In this document: positions 36,601 through 50,400 of the stretch, piece by piece
Numbering within the stretch: the first letter of the stretch is position 1
Layout of the letters: each line of letters begins with the position of its first letter
Made by a program: the position numbers and the translations under genes
The notes under the pieces: generated by a model
Databases searched by the model: none
The model's input: only the letters and a program-made list of their open reading frames with translations
What the model was told of the DNA's origin: nothing
Source: Octopus bimaculoides
Lineage: Eukaryota
NCBI RefSeq assembly: GCF_001194135.2
Contig: NC_068987.1
Location: 43,178,204-43,237,233 of the forward strand
Reading direction: 5' to 3'
Length of the DNA stretch: 59,030 bases

Positions 36601-39600
36601 CAAGGATAACAATGATGCTTTAGATAGAAGCAATTATAAAGGCATCAAACTCCTGGACCAGATGATAAAAATTACAGAGAGAATTATAGACCAATTAATT
36701 AGGCTAGATGAAATGCAGTTCAGGTTCATCTGGGGAAGAAGCACTACTGATGCTATTTTCATAGTCAGACAACTGCAAGAGAAGTACTTAGCTAAGAATA
36801 AACCATTATACTTAGCATTTGTTAATCTAGAGAAAGCTTTTGATAGAGTAACCTGTTGTTTGATATGGTGGGCTCTGAGGAGGCAAGGAATAGATAAGTG
36901 GCTTGTGGAAGCAGCACAAGTCATTTACAGAGACACTCTCAGTAAGGTGAGAGTTAACCACGAGTACAGTGAAGAATTTGGTGTACAGGTAGGTGTTCAT
37001 CAAGGCTCAGTCCTCAGTCCCTTCTTTTCCATCATTGTCCTCCGGGCCATACACAGTGTAAGCTATGGATACACAAGAGATGTTGTGGATTAATAGGAAG
37101 GTTAGAGAAAGTAGTGCTTGTATGTGAAAGATGTACAAGATCCATAAAAACTAGAGACTTGGGAAATTGATTCTCCTAAATGCCCTGGTGGCTCATTAGA
37201 GGTGATAGATAATTTCTGCTACTTAGGGGATCAAATTAGTCATGGAAGGAGAATGCACGGAGAGTGTGACAGCTAGAATAAGAATAGGATGAAGGAAATC
37301 CAAAGAGTTGTTACCTTTGTTGATATGAAAGGTTTCTCTCTCCAAGTGACAGGCAGATTGTATGATGCATGTATATGAACAGTAATTCTACGTGGTAGTT
37401 GACAGAATGCTAGTGTTTTAAAGGAGAAGTTAAGCATAAGAGGAATTAGATGCAGTGTGTAAGAGAGAAGACTGCTGGTTTGATCATGTATTGTGAATGG
37501 ATGCCAACAGCTCCATAAAGAAGTGCTGATCTCTCAAATTAGATGGAACATGTGGAAGTGGGAGATCCAGGAAGAGATGGGATGAAGTACTGAAGGACGA
37601 CCTCAGGTGAGATGACTAAGGACAAGATGCCTGGCACCTTGCTGTACTAAAGAAGACCTGTACTCCACAGCAGAAGTGTTAAGTGTCATCCCCTTGGTGA
37701 AGAGAACTGGCCTGCAAGAATCCTGTGCTGGTTCCATGTAAAAAGCACTCTTGCCAGTGCCTGTAAAAGCACCCAGCACACTCTGTAAAGTGGCTGGTGT
37801 TAGGAAGAGCAGTCAGCCATAGAAACCAGGCCAAATCACACTGGAGTCTGGTGCAGCTCTCCAGCTTGCCAGCTCTGGTCAAACCGTCCAACCCAGGCCA
37901 GCATGGACAACAGACATTATGATGATGATGTATAAAAATAACATTAGGATTATAACTATTGGAGCTGCCAGTCAGACAATTTACTGAAGGGAGAAATTTG
38001 CTTTAGACAAATATATCCAGGATACAACCTAAATATTTGAGGGGAGGTTTTGGGACTGACAGTGGAGTTACTCATCACATGACTTGCTGAAGAAAGTATT
38101 GGAATTACCATTTCTAAAAGTCACTATGATAGTTCTAACAAATTTTAACATCATATAATATTATGGAGCACTACATAATTATATATACAGCACTTGTAGA
38201 AAAAGCATAGGTAGAAACTCCATAAGATGTACCTAGTGTAAGCTATGAACAATTTAAGAGGTGCAGCAATATCAAAGAAAGGTTAACTGGGAAGATAGTT
38301 TTGGTGTGTGGCAGATGCACAGGTGCAATAAACATGAAGATGTACAGAAAATAGATTCTATCACATACCGGGGGGAAAAACTAGAAGTAGTTGATAGCTT
38401 CCGTTGCCTAGGTAACCAAGTCAGTAGCAGGGGTGATGCTCTGAGAGCATAGCTGCTAGAATAAGAATAGCCTGGGTAAAGTTCAGAAAACTCCTACATC
38501 TGCTGGTAACAAAGGGCCTCTCGCTTAGAATGAAAGGTAGACTGTATGATGCCTGTGTGCAAACAGCCATGCTACATGGCAGTGAAACATGGGCTGTGAC
38601 TGCTGAGGACATGCGTAGGCTTGAAAGAAATGAAACTAGATGTGTAATGTCAGCGTGCATACATGACAGGGTGTAAGCACCCTGAGAGAAAAGCTGAACA
38701 GAAGAAGCATCAGATGTGGTATGCAAGAGAGACAACTGCACTGGTATGTTGCGTACAGATGAGGAGAGCTGTATGAAGAAGTGTCACACCCTAACAGTGG
38801 AGGGAAACTGTGGAAAAGGTAGACCCAGGAAAAAAAGGGATGAGGTGGTGAAGCATGACCTTCAAATGTTGGGCCTCACAGAGGCAATGACAAGCGACCA
38901 AGACCTTTGGAGATATGCTGTGCTTGAGAAGACCTGGCAAGCCAAGTTAGATCGTAGTCATGGCCAATGCCTGTGTCGCATAATGGGCCCATTTAAAAGC
39001 ACCCTTCAATTGTTGGGCAATATGCCGTGCTTGTGAAGACCTGTTGAATCAAATGAAATTGTAGTCATGGCCGATGCCAGTACCATCTGTCTGGCACCCA
39101 TGCCGGTGGCATGTAAAAAGCATCATTCAAGCGTGGCTGATGCCAGTGTTGCCTGACTGGCATGTAAAAAGCACCATTTGAGTGAGACCAATGCCAGTGC
39201 CGCCTGACTGGCACCCATACTGGTGACATGTAAAAAGCACCATTCAAGTGGAGCTGATGCCAGTGTGGCCTGACTGACTCCCATGTTGGTGGCACGTAAA
39301 AAGCACCCACTACATTCTTGGAGTGGTTGGCGTTAGGAAGAGCATTCAGCTATAGAAACCTTGCTAAATCAGATTGGAGCCTGGTGCAGCTTCCCAGCTT
39401 GCCAGTCCGCAGTCAAACCGTCCAACACATGCCAGCATGGAAAGCGGACGTTAAACAATGATGATGATGATGATGAACACCATACAATTATATGAAAAAG
39501 CAAACAATTATATGGAGCAGCATACAATATTATTACCACAGTTCATTACATGAAATCACATTTAATATTTACAACAGATTTACTGGATAAAGATAAATAA

Positions 39601-42600
39601 CATCAATATAATAACTACCAAAATTTATGATTGACATGGGAACTACTGGTTCTGAAACTCCTTCGTTCCTTTTAAAGCCAATTTTCCTGTTACATAGTTT
39701 TCTAGAATAATGTAGACATTTACAAGTTTTTAACAAGATAAAATATCATGCAATGCTATTAAAGCATGATTAAATAGTTCAGTAAGTGAAAATATATTTA
39801 GTATTTAGTGCTTAATTACCACAATGAAGAAAAAGAAGAAAAAAGTAGATTGTCCATGTTGGCATGGTTTGGACTCCAGTCTGATTTGGCATGTTTTCTA
39901 TAGCTGGATGCCCTTTCTAATGCCAACCACTCCAAGACTGAAATTTGTGCTTTTAGGTGCCACCAGCAGGGGTGCCATTTGTGTGACATCAGGATGCTTT
40001 ATCGTATCACTGACAAGGGTGCCAATTTGCATGACGACAGTGTCTGCTATGACCACAATTTTGCTCGGCTTGATGTGTCTTCTTCTCAAGCACGACATAA
40101 TGCCAAAGGTCTCAGTCGTTGCCTCCACGAGACTCAGTACTCAAAAGGAACTCAGCCACTTTGCCTCTGTGAGGTCCAACGCTTGAAAGGTGTTCTTTAC
40201 ATGCCACCAGCATGGGTGCACTTGGTTTGATGGGTCCTCTCAAGCACAGCACATTGCCAAAGGGCTCAGTCACTAGTCATTGCCTCTGAGAGGCTCAAAG
40301 TTTGAAGATCATGCTTCACCACCTCATTCCATGTCTTCTTGAGTCTACCTCTATCACAGGTTCCCTCCACAGTTAGATTGGCACTTCTTTACACAGCTGT
40401 CCTCATCAATATGCATCACATGACCACACTAGCACAGTCATCTCTCTTGCACGCCGCATCTGATGCCTCTTATGCCTAACTTTTCTCTCAAGATGCTTAC
40501 ACTCTGTTGAACATGCACATTGACATTGCACATCCAGCAAAGCATACTGGCTTCATTTCTTTCAAGCCTACACATGTCCTTGGCTGTCACATTTCACTGC
40601 CATACAGCATAGCTGTACACACACAGGCATCAAAGAATCTGCCTTTCTCTCTGAGAGAGAGGAAATTTGTTGCCAGCAGAGGTAGGAATTCTCTGAACTT
40701 TGCCCAGCTTAATCTTATTCTCACAGCTATGCTTTCGGAGCATCCACCTCCAGCGGTCACCTAGATAATGGAAGCTATCTACTACCTCTAGCCCCCCCCC
40801 CCGACAGTTGATGGAGTCTATTTTGTGCACATTTTCAGCGCTTGCTGTACCTGTACATCTTTCACATACAAAAGCTAATTTCTAGAAAAATGCAAATCAA
40901 TATGTATGTATGCATCCAACACCTGTCATCATTAAATGATGATGATGATGATGATGATATGGATGTGTGTGTACATATATATGTATGCATATTTCAGGTA
41001 TCAGATCTGATGATCAGAGACTTGCTACATGTATGCTACTACAATCTGTACATAGTCAGGCTGAAGGCAACTAAATAAGCAACTCCCCCTTCTCACTAAG
41101 CCTGCTTAGAAATGAAGATGATTTTTAAGACTGTAAGATGTAAAAACCTGTGAAAGAACAGATGAACTCACAAAAGTCAATGGCCACCCAATTGTGCATG
41201 TAAACACAAGAAGATATTTTTCCTGAACCCTTTGGTGTTTTGAAGTCTCTGGGGATATGTTGCTCTTTTCGCTTTTCTTGTTATTAGTTTAATGATTTCA
41301 AACTTTGAGAAAATAGAACTTGTGTCACACAAACATATTTCTCTACAAAATTCGATGCATTGGTACTTTTTGTGCCTCATTTTTTTTCTCCCTTTCTTTC
41401 CCAAGTGCAGGTGAAAACTAGAACCTCTTGAAATCATAGTGGTTGACCTTTTTGTTATGGTGGTTGCGGTATTACAAGTGTTTGCAGCAATTACATATCA
41501 CAGTTTCCATAGTTTCTCACTCATGAGGGAACACAGAAGATGTAGCATGGGCAGAAGCAGTCATGATTCTCTAGCTGCCTGTGTAATTGTGTCCCTCATT
41601 GAAGTGTTGTTGGTGTCTGAGAGGTGGAACATGCATTGGTTTATGTCTTTGTCATTATGAGAGTTCACAATCATACTCAGTTGTGAACTGACATCTCCCA
41701 TAACCCACTCCATGTCTCTCATTCTCCCTTACACTCTTGCAAGCTCTACTCACTTACACTTCTGGTTCTTTTTCCCTCATTCAAGGTCCACACAGACACA
41801 TCATCACCATTTTATCTCTTCTCTGTTTCACCCTGATCACTACCACCCTCTCTTCAAAATTGTGGGCAGCCAAATACCCCCAGCACAGCAAGAAACCTAT
41901 TCTGCTCAGGACACTTTTTTCATACTTTAACTCCACATCAAGCAAAAAGCTACCTCTTTTAAGTTTGTAGTCTTGTAAGCTACATAGAGATGTTCACTAG
42001 AACTGGTGATGCAAAAGTACATGTTGAAAAGTGGCTGGCATCAGGAAAGGCATCCAGGTATAGAACACATGCCAAAGTAGACTGTTGAGCACAATGCAGT
42101 CCTTGAACCCATCGGATCCTATAAAACCCTCCAACTCATACCTGCATGGAACATGAAGAGTAAATGATGATGATGTGAGTCATGTCTTGTTTGTGAGTGT
42201 TTATGTCAGTACAGAAATACTATTTCCAGCCTCCTGTCTAGAATTAGTAAAGGAAAAGGTAAAAGAATCTCTTACCTGGAAATGTATGAGTTACAGAAGT
42301 AAAACCAGGAATGTGTTGGATTGTTTTGTGTAATGTTGTAAACATAGCAGTCTTTAAGGAGACACATTTTGGCCAATATGTGGAATTAAAAACACTGCTG
42401 TAGAAATCAGTAAACAGTTTCTCATAGTGATTGAATATAACTTCATTCTGAGCTAAACTGCCTGCTATTTGTGTGGCAAACAGGAGTGAGGCATTGCTTG
42501 TGTTCAGTTCAATAACTGAAGCTTTCAGGAAGTCATCAGCCCAGCATAATTTGACTGCTTCAACAGTGGTCACTGGAAAAATAAGAAAATAAACAAAAAT

Positions 42601-44365
42601 ATATAAATCATGTGTATATTCATCATCATTTAGCAGCTGCTTTCCATGCTGGTATGGGTTGGATGGTTTGACTGAGGATTGGCAAGCCAGAAGGCTGCAC
42701 TAGGCTCCAATCTGATCTGGCAACGTTTCTACAGCTGGATGCCTTTCCTAATGCTAACCACTCCAAGAGTGTAGTGGGTGCTTTTTATGTGCTACCGGCA
42801 CGAAGGCCAATCAGGCAGCACTGGCATCGATCATGTTTGGATGGTGCTTTTTACATGCCACCAGCATGGGGAGCCAGTCAGGTGGCAGTGGCATCGGCCA
42901 CGACTATGATTTCACTTGACTCAACAGGTCTTGTTTACAAAAATTATGCGATATCAAGACAGGGAGACACAAACACACACATGATGGTCTTTGAATTTCT
43001 GTTTACCAAATCCACTCACAAGGCTTTGATCATCCTGGTGCTATTACCAAAGCATGGTGGGACTGAACCCAAAACTATGTGGATGGGAAGCAAGCTTCTC
43101 AACCATGCAATCACACCTGCACCTATGTATGTTACTGATACCTGATTTAATAAGCTTTGCAAAAATGAAGACAGTGCTGTTTCTAACTCAAATTATGTTA
43201 AGTATATGAAGAAGTGAGCACTAGTAGAAGATTATGTGACTGGTGCTTTACTAAACTGCTTTGCACATTAACCTGTCTTTCTGCTCCCTATTTTTTGTCA
43301 TAACTTGTTTCAGTCATTGGACTTTGGCCATGTTGGGGTCCTGCCTCCATGGGTTTAATCAATCAAACTGACCTCAGTTCTTATTAAATGTGGTACTTAT
43401 TCCATCAGGTGCATAATTTCTTCAATATTGCTCAGGACATAAGGTGGCGAGCTGGCAGAAACATTAGCATGCCAGGCGAAATGTTTAGCGGTATTTCATC
43501 TGCCGTTACATTCTGAGTTCAAATTCCGCCAAGGTCGACTTTGCCTTTCATCCTTTCGGAGTGGATAAATTAAGTCCCAGTTATGTACTGGGGTTGATGT
43601 AATCAACTTAATCCCTTTGTCTGTCTTTGTTTGTCCCCTCTATGTTTAGCCCCTTGTGGGCAATAAAGAAATAAGAAACATTAGCATGCCAGGTGAAATG
43701 CTTAGCGGTATTTCGTCTGTCTTTACATTCTGAGTTCAAATTCCACCGAGGTCGACTTTGCCTTTCATTCTTTCGGGGTCGATAAATTAAGTAGTAGTTG
43801 TGTACTGGGATTGATCTAATCAACTGGACCCGCTCCCAAAAATTTCGGACTTTGTTCCAAGAGTAGAAAAGAATATTGCTCAGGACAGTGACCTCCTGGA
43901 AACTGTCCAGAGATGTGCATCTACCATACTCTGAATGCCTTGCTTCCTTGGGCATAGATACATTGAAGCTCTGACATCTGGCAACTGACTTGGTAATCAC
44001 CAACAAAATTATTAACCATTGTGCCAACAACCACCTTGAGTACCTTTTTGAGCTCCATGTGTCTAACACATGTGGGCATACCTACAAAGTCAGAAAACAG
44101 CACAGCTCCCATGACTTTTGGAAACATTTTTTCACACTCAGCGTTGTCGAAGCATGGAATAAGCTGAGACATTGCATCCTTTAAAACCTCCATGCTTCCT
44201 GAAATTCGCCAACACCACACCTGATATTCTCCCCTCCATACGCATGCACACATGTATATCATGACTCATACACTGTTCACTTTCCTGAAATTTGTACATA
44301 ATTCTATGTACTGTACATGTACCTTTGATGAGTTGTAGTGCGCCTGAGCACTATACACAACAATT

Positions 44366-44409
<44 letters not shown>

Positions 44410-47400
44410 TTATAAATTAAATATGTAATATTTAATAAATGACACAAGCTACTTGAAAGATAACCGATAGATTCCTGATTAGATGAGTTACAAAGATACT
44501 TATGACAACACATATTAATAATCTTCCAGAAATAAATTCAGAAGCTAATAAGTAAAAAGGAACCTGGTCACAAATCTAAACTTTTAAAAAAATATTTTAG
44601 GTACAGACATAACTATTTGGTAAAGAACCTCACTTTGTAACCTACTGTAATATCTCTCTTTGAGAGATTTAGAAATAATGATATTTCTAAGGGTGATTTG
44701 TTTGACTAAAACCCTTCAAGGTGGTGCCCCAGCATGACTGCAGTTCAATGACTAAAACAAGTAAAAGATAAAAGTCTAGTATATTTGTACTGTTTATAAC
44801 AATTGTTTCTGATTTATGTACATGGCCTGCAATTAGAGGGTAGAATGATACCATCAACCCCAGTACTTGACTGGTCTTTAGGTGTGAAGAAGTATTTGAC
44901 TTATGGAGGAAGGTAGAAAAAACACAAACCCCTTCAGGTAGATGGCCCTGCTCGATCTGTAGAAAAGGCATAGGTAGAAATTCTATAAGATGCACCCAGT
45001 GCAAGCTATGGACACATAAGAGGTGCAGCAATATCAAAGGAAGGTTAACTAAGAAGTTAGTTTTTGTATGTAGCAGATGTTCAGGAGCAATAAACACTGT
45101 AAATGTGCAGAAATCAACTTCTGCAACATTTCAAGGAGAAAAACTAGACGCAGTTGATAGCTTCTGCTATCAAGGTGACCAAGTTAGTAGTGGGGGAGGA
45201 TGTGCTGAAAGTGTAGCTGCAAGTATAAGAATAGCCTGGGCAAAGTTCAGAGAGTTCTTAACTCTGCTGGTGTCAAGGGGCCTCTCTCTCAAAGTAAAAG
45301 GCAGACTGTATGACGCATGTGTACGAACAGCCATGCTACATGGCAGTGAAACATGGGCTGTGACCGCTGAGGATATGCGTAGGCTCGCAAGGAATGAAGC
45401 CAGTATGCTCCGATGGATGTGTAATGTCAGTGTGCATACTAGACAGAGTGTTAGTACCTTGAGAGAAAAGTTGAACCTAAGAAGCATCAGTTGTGNNNNN
45501 NNNNNNNNNNNNNNNNNNNNNNNNNNNNNNNNNNNNNNNNNNNNNNNNNNNNNNNNNNNNNNNNNNNNNNNNNNNNNNNNNNNNNNNNNNNNNNNNNNNN
45601 NNNNNNNNNNNNNNNNNNNNNNNNNNNNNNNNNNNNNNNNNNNNNNNNNNNNNNNNNNNNNNNNNNNNNNNNNNNNNNNNNNNNNNNNNNNNNNNNNNNN
45701 NNNNNNNNNNNNNNNNNNNNNNNNNNNNNNNNNNNNNNNNNNNNNNNNNNNNNNNNNNNNNNNNNNNNNNNNNNNNNNNNNNNNNNNNNNNNNNNNNNNN
45801 NNNNNNNNNNNNNNNNNNNNNNNNNNNNNNNNNNNNNNNNNNNNNNNNNNNNNNNNNNNNNNNNNNNNNNNNNNNNNNNNNNNNNNNNNNNNNNNNNNNN
45901 NNNNNNNNNNNNNNNNNNNNNNNNNNNNNNNNNNNNNNNNNNNNNNNNNNNNNNNNNNNNNNNNNNNNNNNNNNNNNNGGGGCAAGCGAAAGCGAAATCG
46001 TCATGGCACCTGTGCCCAGCATCGCCTTCCTGGCACTTGTGCCGGATGGCACGTGTAAAGACATTCGAGCGAGATCGTTGCCAGTGCCGCCGAACTGGCT
46101 CCTGTGCAGGTGGCATGTAAAATACACCATTTTAAGCGTGGCCGTAGCCAGTACCGCCTGACTGGCCTTCATGCCAGTGGCACGTAAAAGCACCCACTAC
46201 ACTCTCTGAGTGGTTGGCATTAGGAAGGGCATCCAGCTGTAGAAACTCTATCAAATCAGATGGAGCTTGGTGTAGCCATCTGGTTTCACCAGTCCTCAGT
46301 CAAATCGTCCAACCCATGCTAGTATGGAAAGTGGACGTTAAACGACGATGATGATGATGATGATGATGATGACAGTCAAAACAGGAAAAGCAAAGTTGAC
46401 CTCAGCAGAATTTCAACTCAGAATGTAATGAGTCAGAATTATTATTATTATTATTAAGGTGGTGAGCTGGTACAAAGCATAAGCATGCCAGGCAAAATGC
46501 TTAGCAACATTTCATGTTTTTACATTCCGAGTTCAACTTCGCTTTTCATCCTTTCAGGGTTGATAGAATAAGTACCAGTTGAGTACTATAATCGATTTAA
46601 TTGACTTACCCTCTCTCCCGAAATTGTTGGTCTTGTGCTTTGTACATAAATCAGAAACAGTTGTTATAAACAGTATAAATATACTAGACTTTTATCTTTT
46701 ACTCGTTTTAGTCATTGGACTGCAGTCATGCTGGGGCACCACCTTGAAGGGTTTTAGTCAAACAAATCACCCTTAGAAATATTAATTGAAACCATTATTA
46801 CTATCATTGCCATTATAAGCCGAGGTTGACTTTGTCTTTGATCCTTTAGGGGTCGTTTAAATAAGTACCAGTTAAACACTGGAGTCCATGTAATCAATTT
46901 GTCCCTCCTGCCAAATTTCAGATCTTGTGCCTTTAGTAGACAGGGTTATTATTATTATTAGCAATGTTAAGGTGGTGGCATTGTAGAATAGTTACAGCAT
47001 CAGACAAAATGTCTCATAATGATTAATAAATTTTAGAGATTCACTCCCAGGCTTTCCTAATTGCAGCTGGGGCTGATAGAGAAAAATAGTTTCCTTTCTA
47101 GGATCTGTTCAGTTTGGCTCAAAGATTTTAACTGAACAGATCCCCTTAGTAGATGATAGATAAATCAGAATGTTGTTACAATAGGCTTGTTTTTGGACAT
47201 TCGATCTCAGATCCATAAGGGAGAGTCTACAAAGACATGCTGAGCATTCAACAATGGATAGGCTGCAATATTATTGTTTGTAATTAATAGATAGGTTATT
47301 TTTTGGATCTTATCATCGTTCATCATCATCATCATTGTTTTTATGTTCACTTTTCCATAGGTTGGATAAAGCCCTTTTAGGTAGCGCTTGGTAGCCAAGT

Positions 47401-50400
47401 GTTCTTCATAAAGCTAACCTCTTTAGTCAATTTCAACATGTGAAGACCAACAAAATACAGATGTTACTTGATAAAAACAAGTAGAGGTTAGCAACAGAAA
47501 GTACATCCAGCCACAGAATACTGCCTCATAAAGTCTCGTCTAACCCATAAAACCATTGAAAAAGCAAGTGTAAAAATGATATATGTTTGAAATTGTAGTC
47601 ACCCCTGGAGGCTACGACGGGAAGCAAAACAGAAAAGGGATTTCATGAGAGTAATCTCCCTTGAGCTTCTAGAATGTTCGAGACCTTTCTGGAAGCTTCT
47701 GGTTTACATGGAAGTCAGGGACTTCTGGTTTGTCCCTTATATAAAGGAAAGAAATTCTAAATTCGCGCCATTCCGTGTCTGTCTAGCCTTAGGCTGGCAT
47801 TGAGTCAAGCCGCCACACTTTATGCCCGCTCGCGCACACATTCACATTGCTTACTTGGAGGCATGTGACTGCAAACAGCATATTCATGTAATAAAAGTTA
47901 TGACTTATTACAAGCGTCTCGTGAATTTCTATTTTCTTGTTGTGAACAAGATGGTGACCCCTCTTTCTCTCATACCGACTAAATTATAGTGTGTCATTAA
48001 GTCAATGTTACCACAAAAAATGGATAACCCTGACATCACTATAAAATGGAGAACCCAACGTTAAGAACATGATTGCCGCTTCACTACAATAATATAGCAA
48101 ACCCGACTCATTTGGATATGCAAACCACAGCAAATGGTACATTGATGCCATACTACACTTTTCAAGGTAATTTCTATTATATTACTCTACCAGCACCTCT
48201 GATATTCTAATTCTGAAATAATTTCGTATCTTCCACATCCAACAAGAGAGTCACTTATCACGCCTGTTCTTTGTCATAATCATGAGTAACACTTCCATAC
48301 CAGCTTATTTCGTTGACGCTAAGTTATGGTTTGCACAGCTTGATTCTTATTTCACAGCACATGGTTTACAAGCTGATCAACAGAAGCTACACATGTTATT
48401 AGTGGCATTCCCGCCATATTAGCAGACACCTTTAAAGATATCATCGCAATTCTTCCACAAGGCATGACCTACGATGCTTTGAGAACCGAAATACTATGCA
48501 GAAATTCCGCATCAGCAGAAAGCCATTTCTGTGCATTGTTACAGGAAGAGAACTTGGGTGACAGAACTCCTTCAGGGTTTCTTAGGCGGATTAGAGAACT
48601 TAGTGACAAAATACTGGCAGACAGTTTCTTCATAAAGAAATTTTTTTCCCCGCTTACCAACTAATGTACAAACAATATTAGTGAATATGGTTGATGCCAA
48701 CACCAAATAGCTTCATCTGCAGATAGAATAATAGAATTTTCTCACAGACCCACCATGGTTGATTCGGTTATTGCTTCATCATCTTGACAGCAGCCTAATA
48801 ATAAAAATGAAGACGTCATGTTGAAGGCTATCGACGGTTTAACGCGCCAAATAGCTCAATTCTCTCGTGTTAGTCAGCGTCTGCAAAGCCGCTCTTCTTT
48901 TTCTAAACAACGTAACACTTTTTCAACCAACAATTCTTCAGTGTGTTGGTACCAGGCATGTTTTCACGACAAGGCAAGTCATTGTAACAAGCCTTGTGCT
49001 TTTAAAGTATCGGAAAACTGAACCTAGAGAGCCTGGGCACGTCAGACCTCCCTCGCAAGTTCTCAGTTAATCGTGCTTTCTTCATTAGGGACTTACTCTC
49101 AAACAAGTCATTCATGGTTAATACAGGATCAAGTTGCAGTATTTTGCCATTACGGTTCAGCTATAACAAGCCACAGTTATCCAGTATTTCCTTATATGCA
49201 GTGAACCAGTCTCCCATCAAAACCTACGGTCAGATATCTTTAACTCTAGACCTTGCCTTGCGTCGAGATTTTAAATGGATTTTTGTCATCACTGACCAGC
49301 CACATCCTATCCTCGGGAAGGATTTCTTACACCGCTATTCACTTCTGGTAGATGTCAGGAAACAGAGACCACATCTTTGTCTACAACTGCAAGTAGATCT
49401 ACCTCTGCTATCCTTAGCCCATCATTTTTTGCAGCTGCTGCCAACCAGTTCCATACACTGCTTGTCTCATTTCCCGAGTTAATGGATCTCTCCTTTAAAC
49501 CTACCCAGACAGTCCACTCAACTCAACATTTTATTACAACTGGCCCACCCGTTTTCTCTCCTCCACACAGACTAGCGCCAGACAGACTCAAGAAAACCCA
49601 TGCCAAATTCGAGCACATGCTCCAGCTTGGTCTGATACATCCTTCTACTAGCCCTTGAGCATCTCTGCTACACTTAGCTCAGAAGGGTGAAGTGGATTTC
49701 AGAATGCTATCACCACGCCTCATCACTATCCCCTACCCAACTTAAGGGACTTTTCTTATGTACTCCATGGTTGCACTATATTTTCCAAAGTGGATCTGGT
49801 TTGTGCGTACTACCAAATCCCGATGAACTCAGAAGATAGAGCTAAAACTGCTGTAACCACTCCATTTGGTTCATTCGAATTCTTATCTATGCCTTTTGGT
49901 CTGAGAAATGATGCCAATACATTCTAGTGCTGCATCGACGAAGTTGTAAGTGGATTGAATTTTGTTTTTGCTTATGTAGATGACCTCCTAGTAGCCAGTG
50001 ACACAGTTGAACATCATCATCAGCATCTATCTCAGTTGTTTCAACATCTGTGAGCATATCATGTAAAGATCAATCAAGCTAAATGTATATTCGGCACAAC
50101 TTTGTTGGAATTCCTTGGACATCTTATAGACACAGAGGGAATTCGACCCTTCCCATCTAAAGTGGACGCTATTCAGAAAATCACACACCTTTTTGGGGGC
50201 TAATAAACTTCTACAGGATTTTCATTCCAAACTGCGTGGACAAGTTGTTTCCCCTGACACAACTTTTGAAATCAACAAAAATGCATTTATTTCCCTTTTG
50301 GTTGACGCCTTGCAAGCTTTCGACCCAGTAAAGTCTGAATTAGCTAAAATTAATGGCCCACTAAACTCAAACCTTCTCCCCATCAGATGCATACAGTTCT

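Noticed and set aside
39065-39310. Repeat-spacer-like array suggesting CRISPR
   Set aside because: Units are imperfect, the 'spacers' resemble each other, no cas genes are present, and the array is the 3' UTR of a eukaryotic LINE.
41177-41660. Lys/Arg-rich minus-strand ORF and adjacent plus-strand ORF in BRAT1 intron 2
   Set aside because: No motif recognised, and exon 2-3 phases already join without an extra exon.
45105-46193. Several long ORFs (200-317 aa) in the ORF track
   Set aside because: They are open only because they cross 483 Ns.
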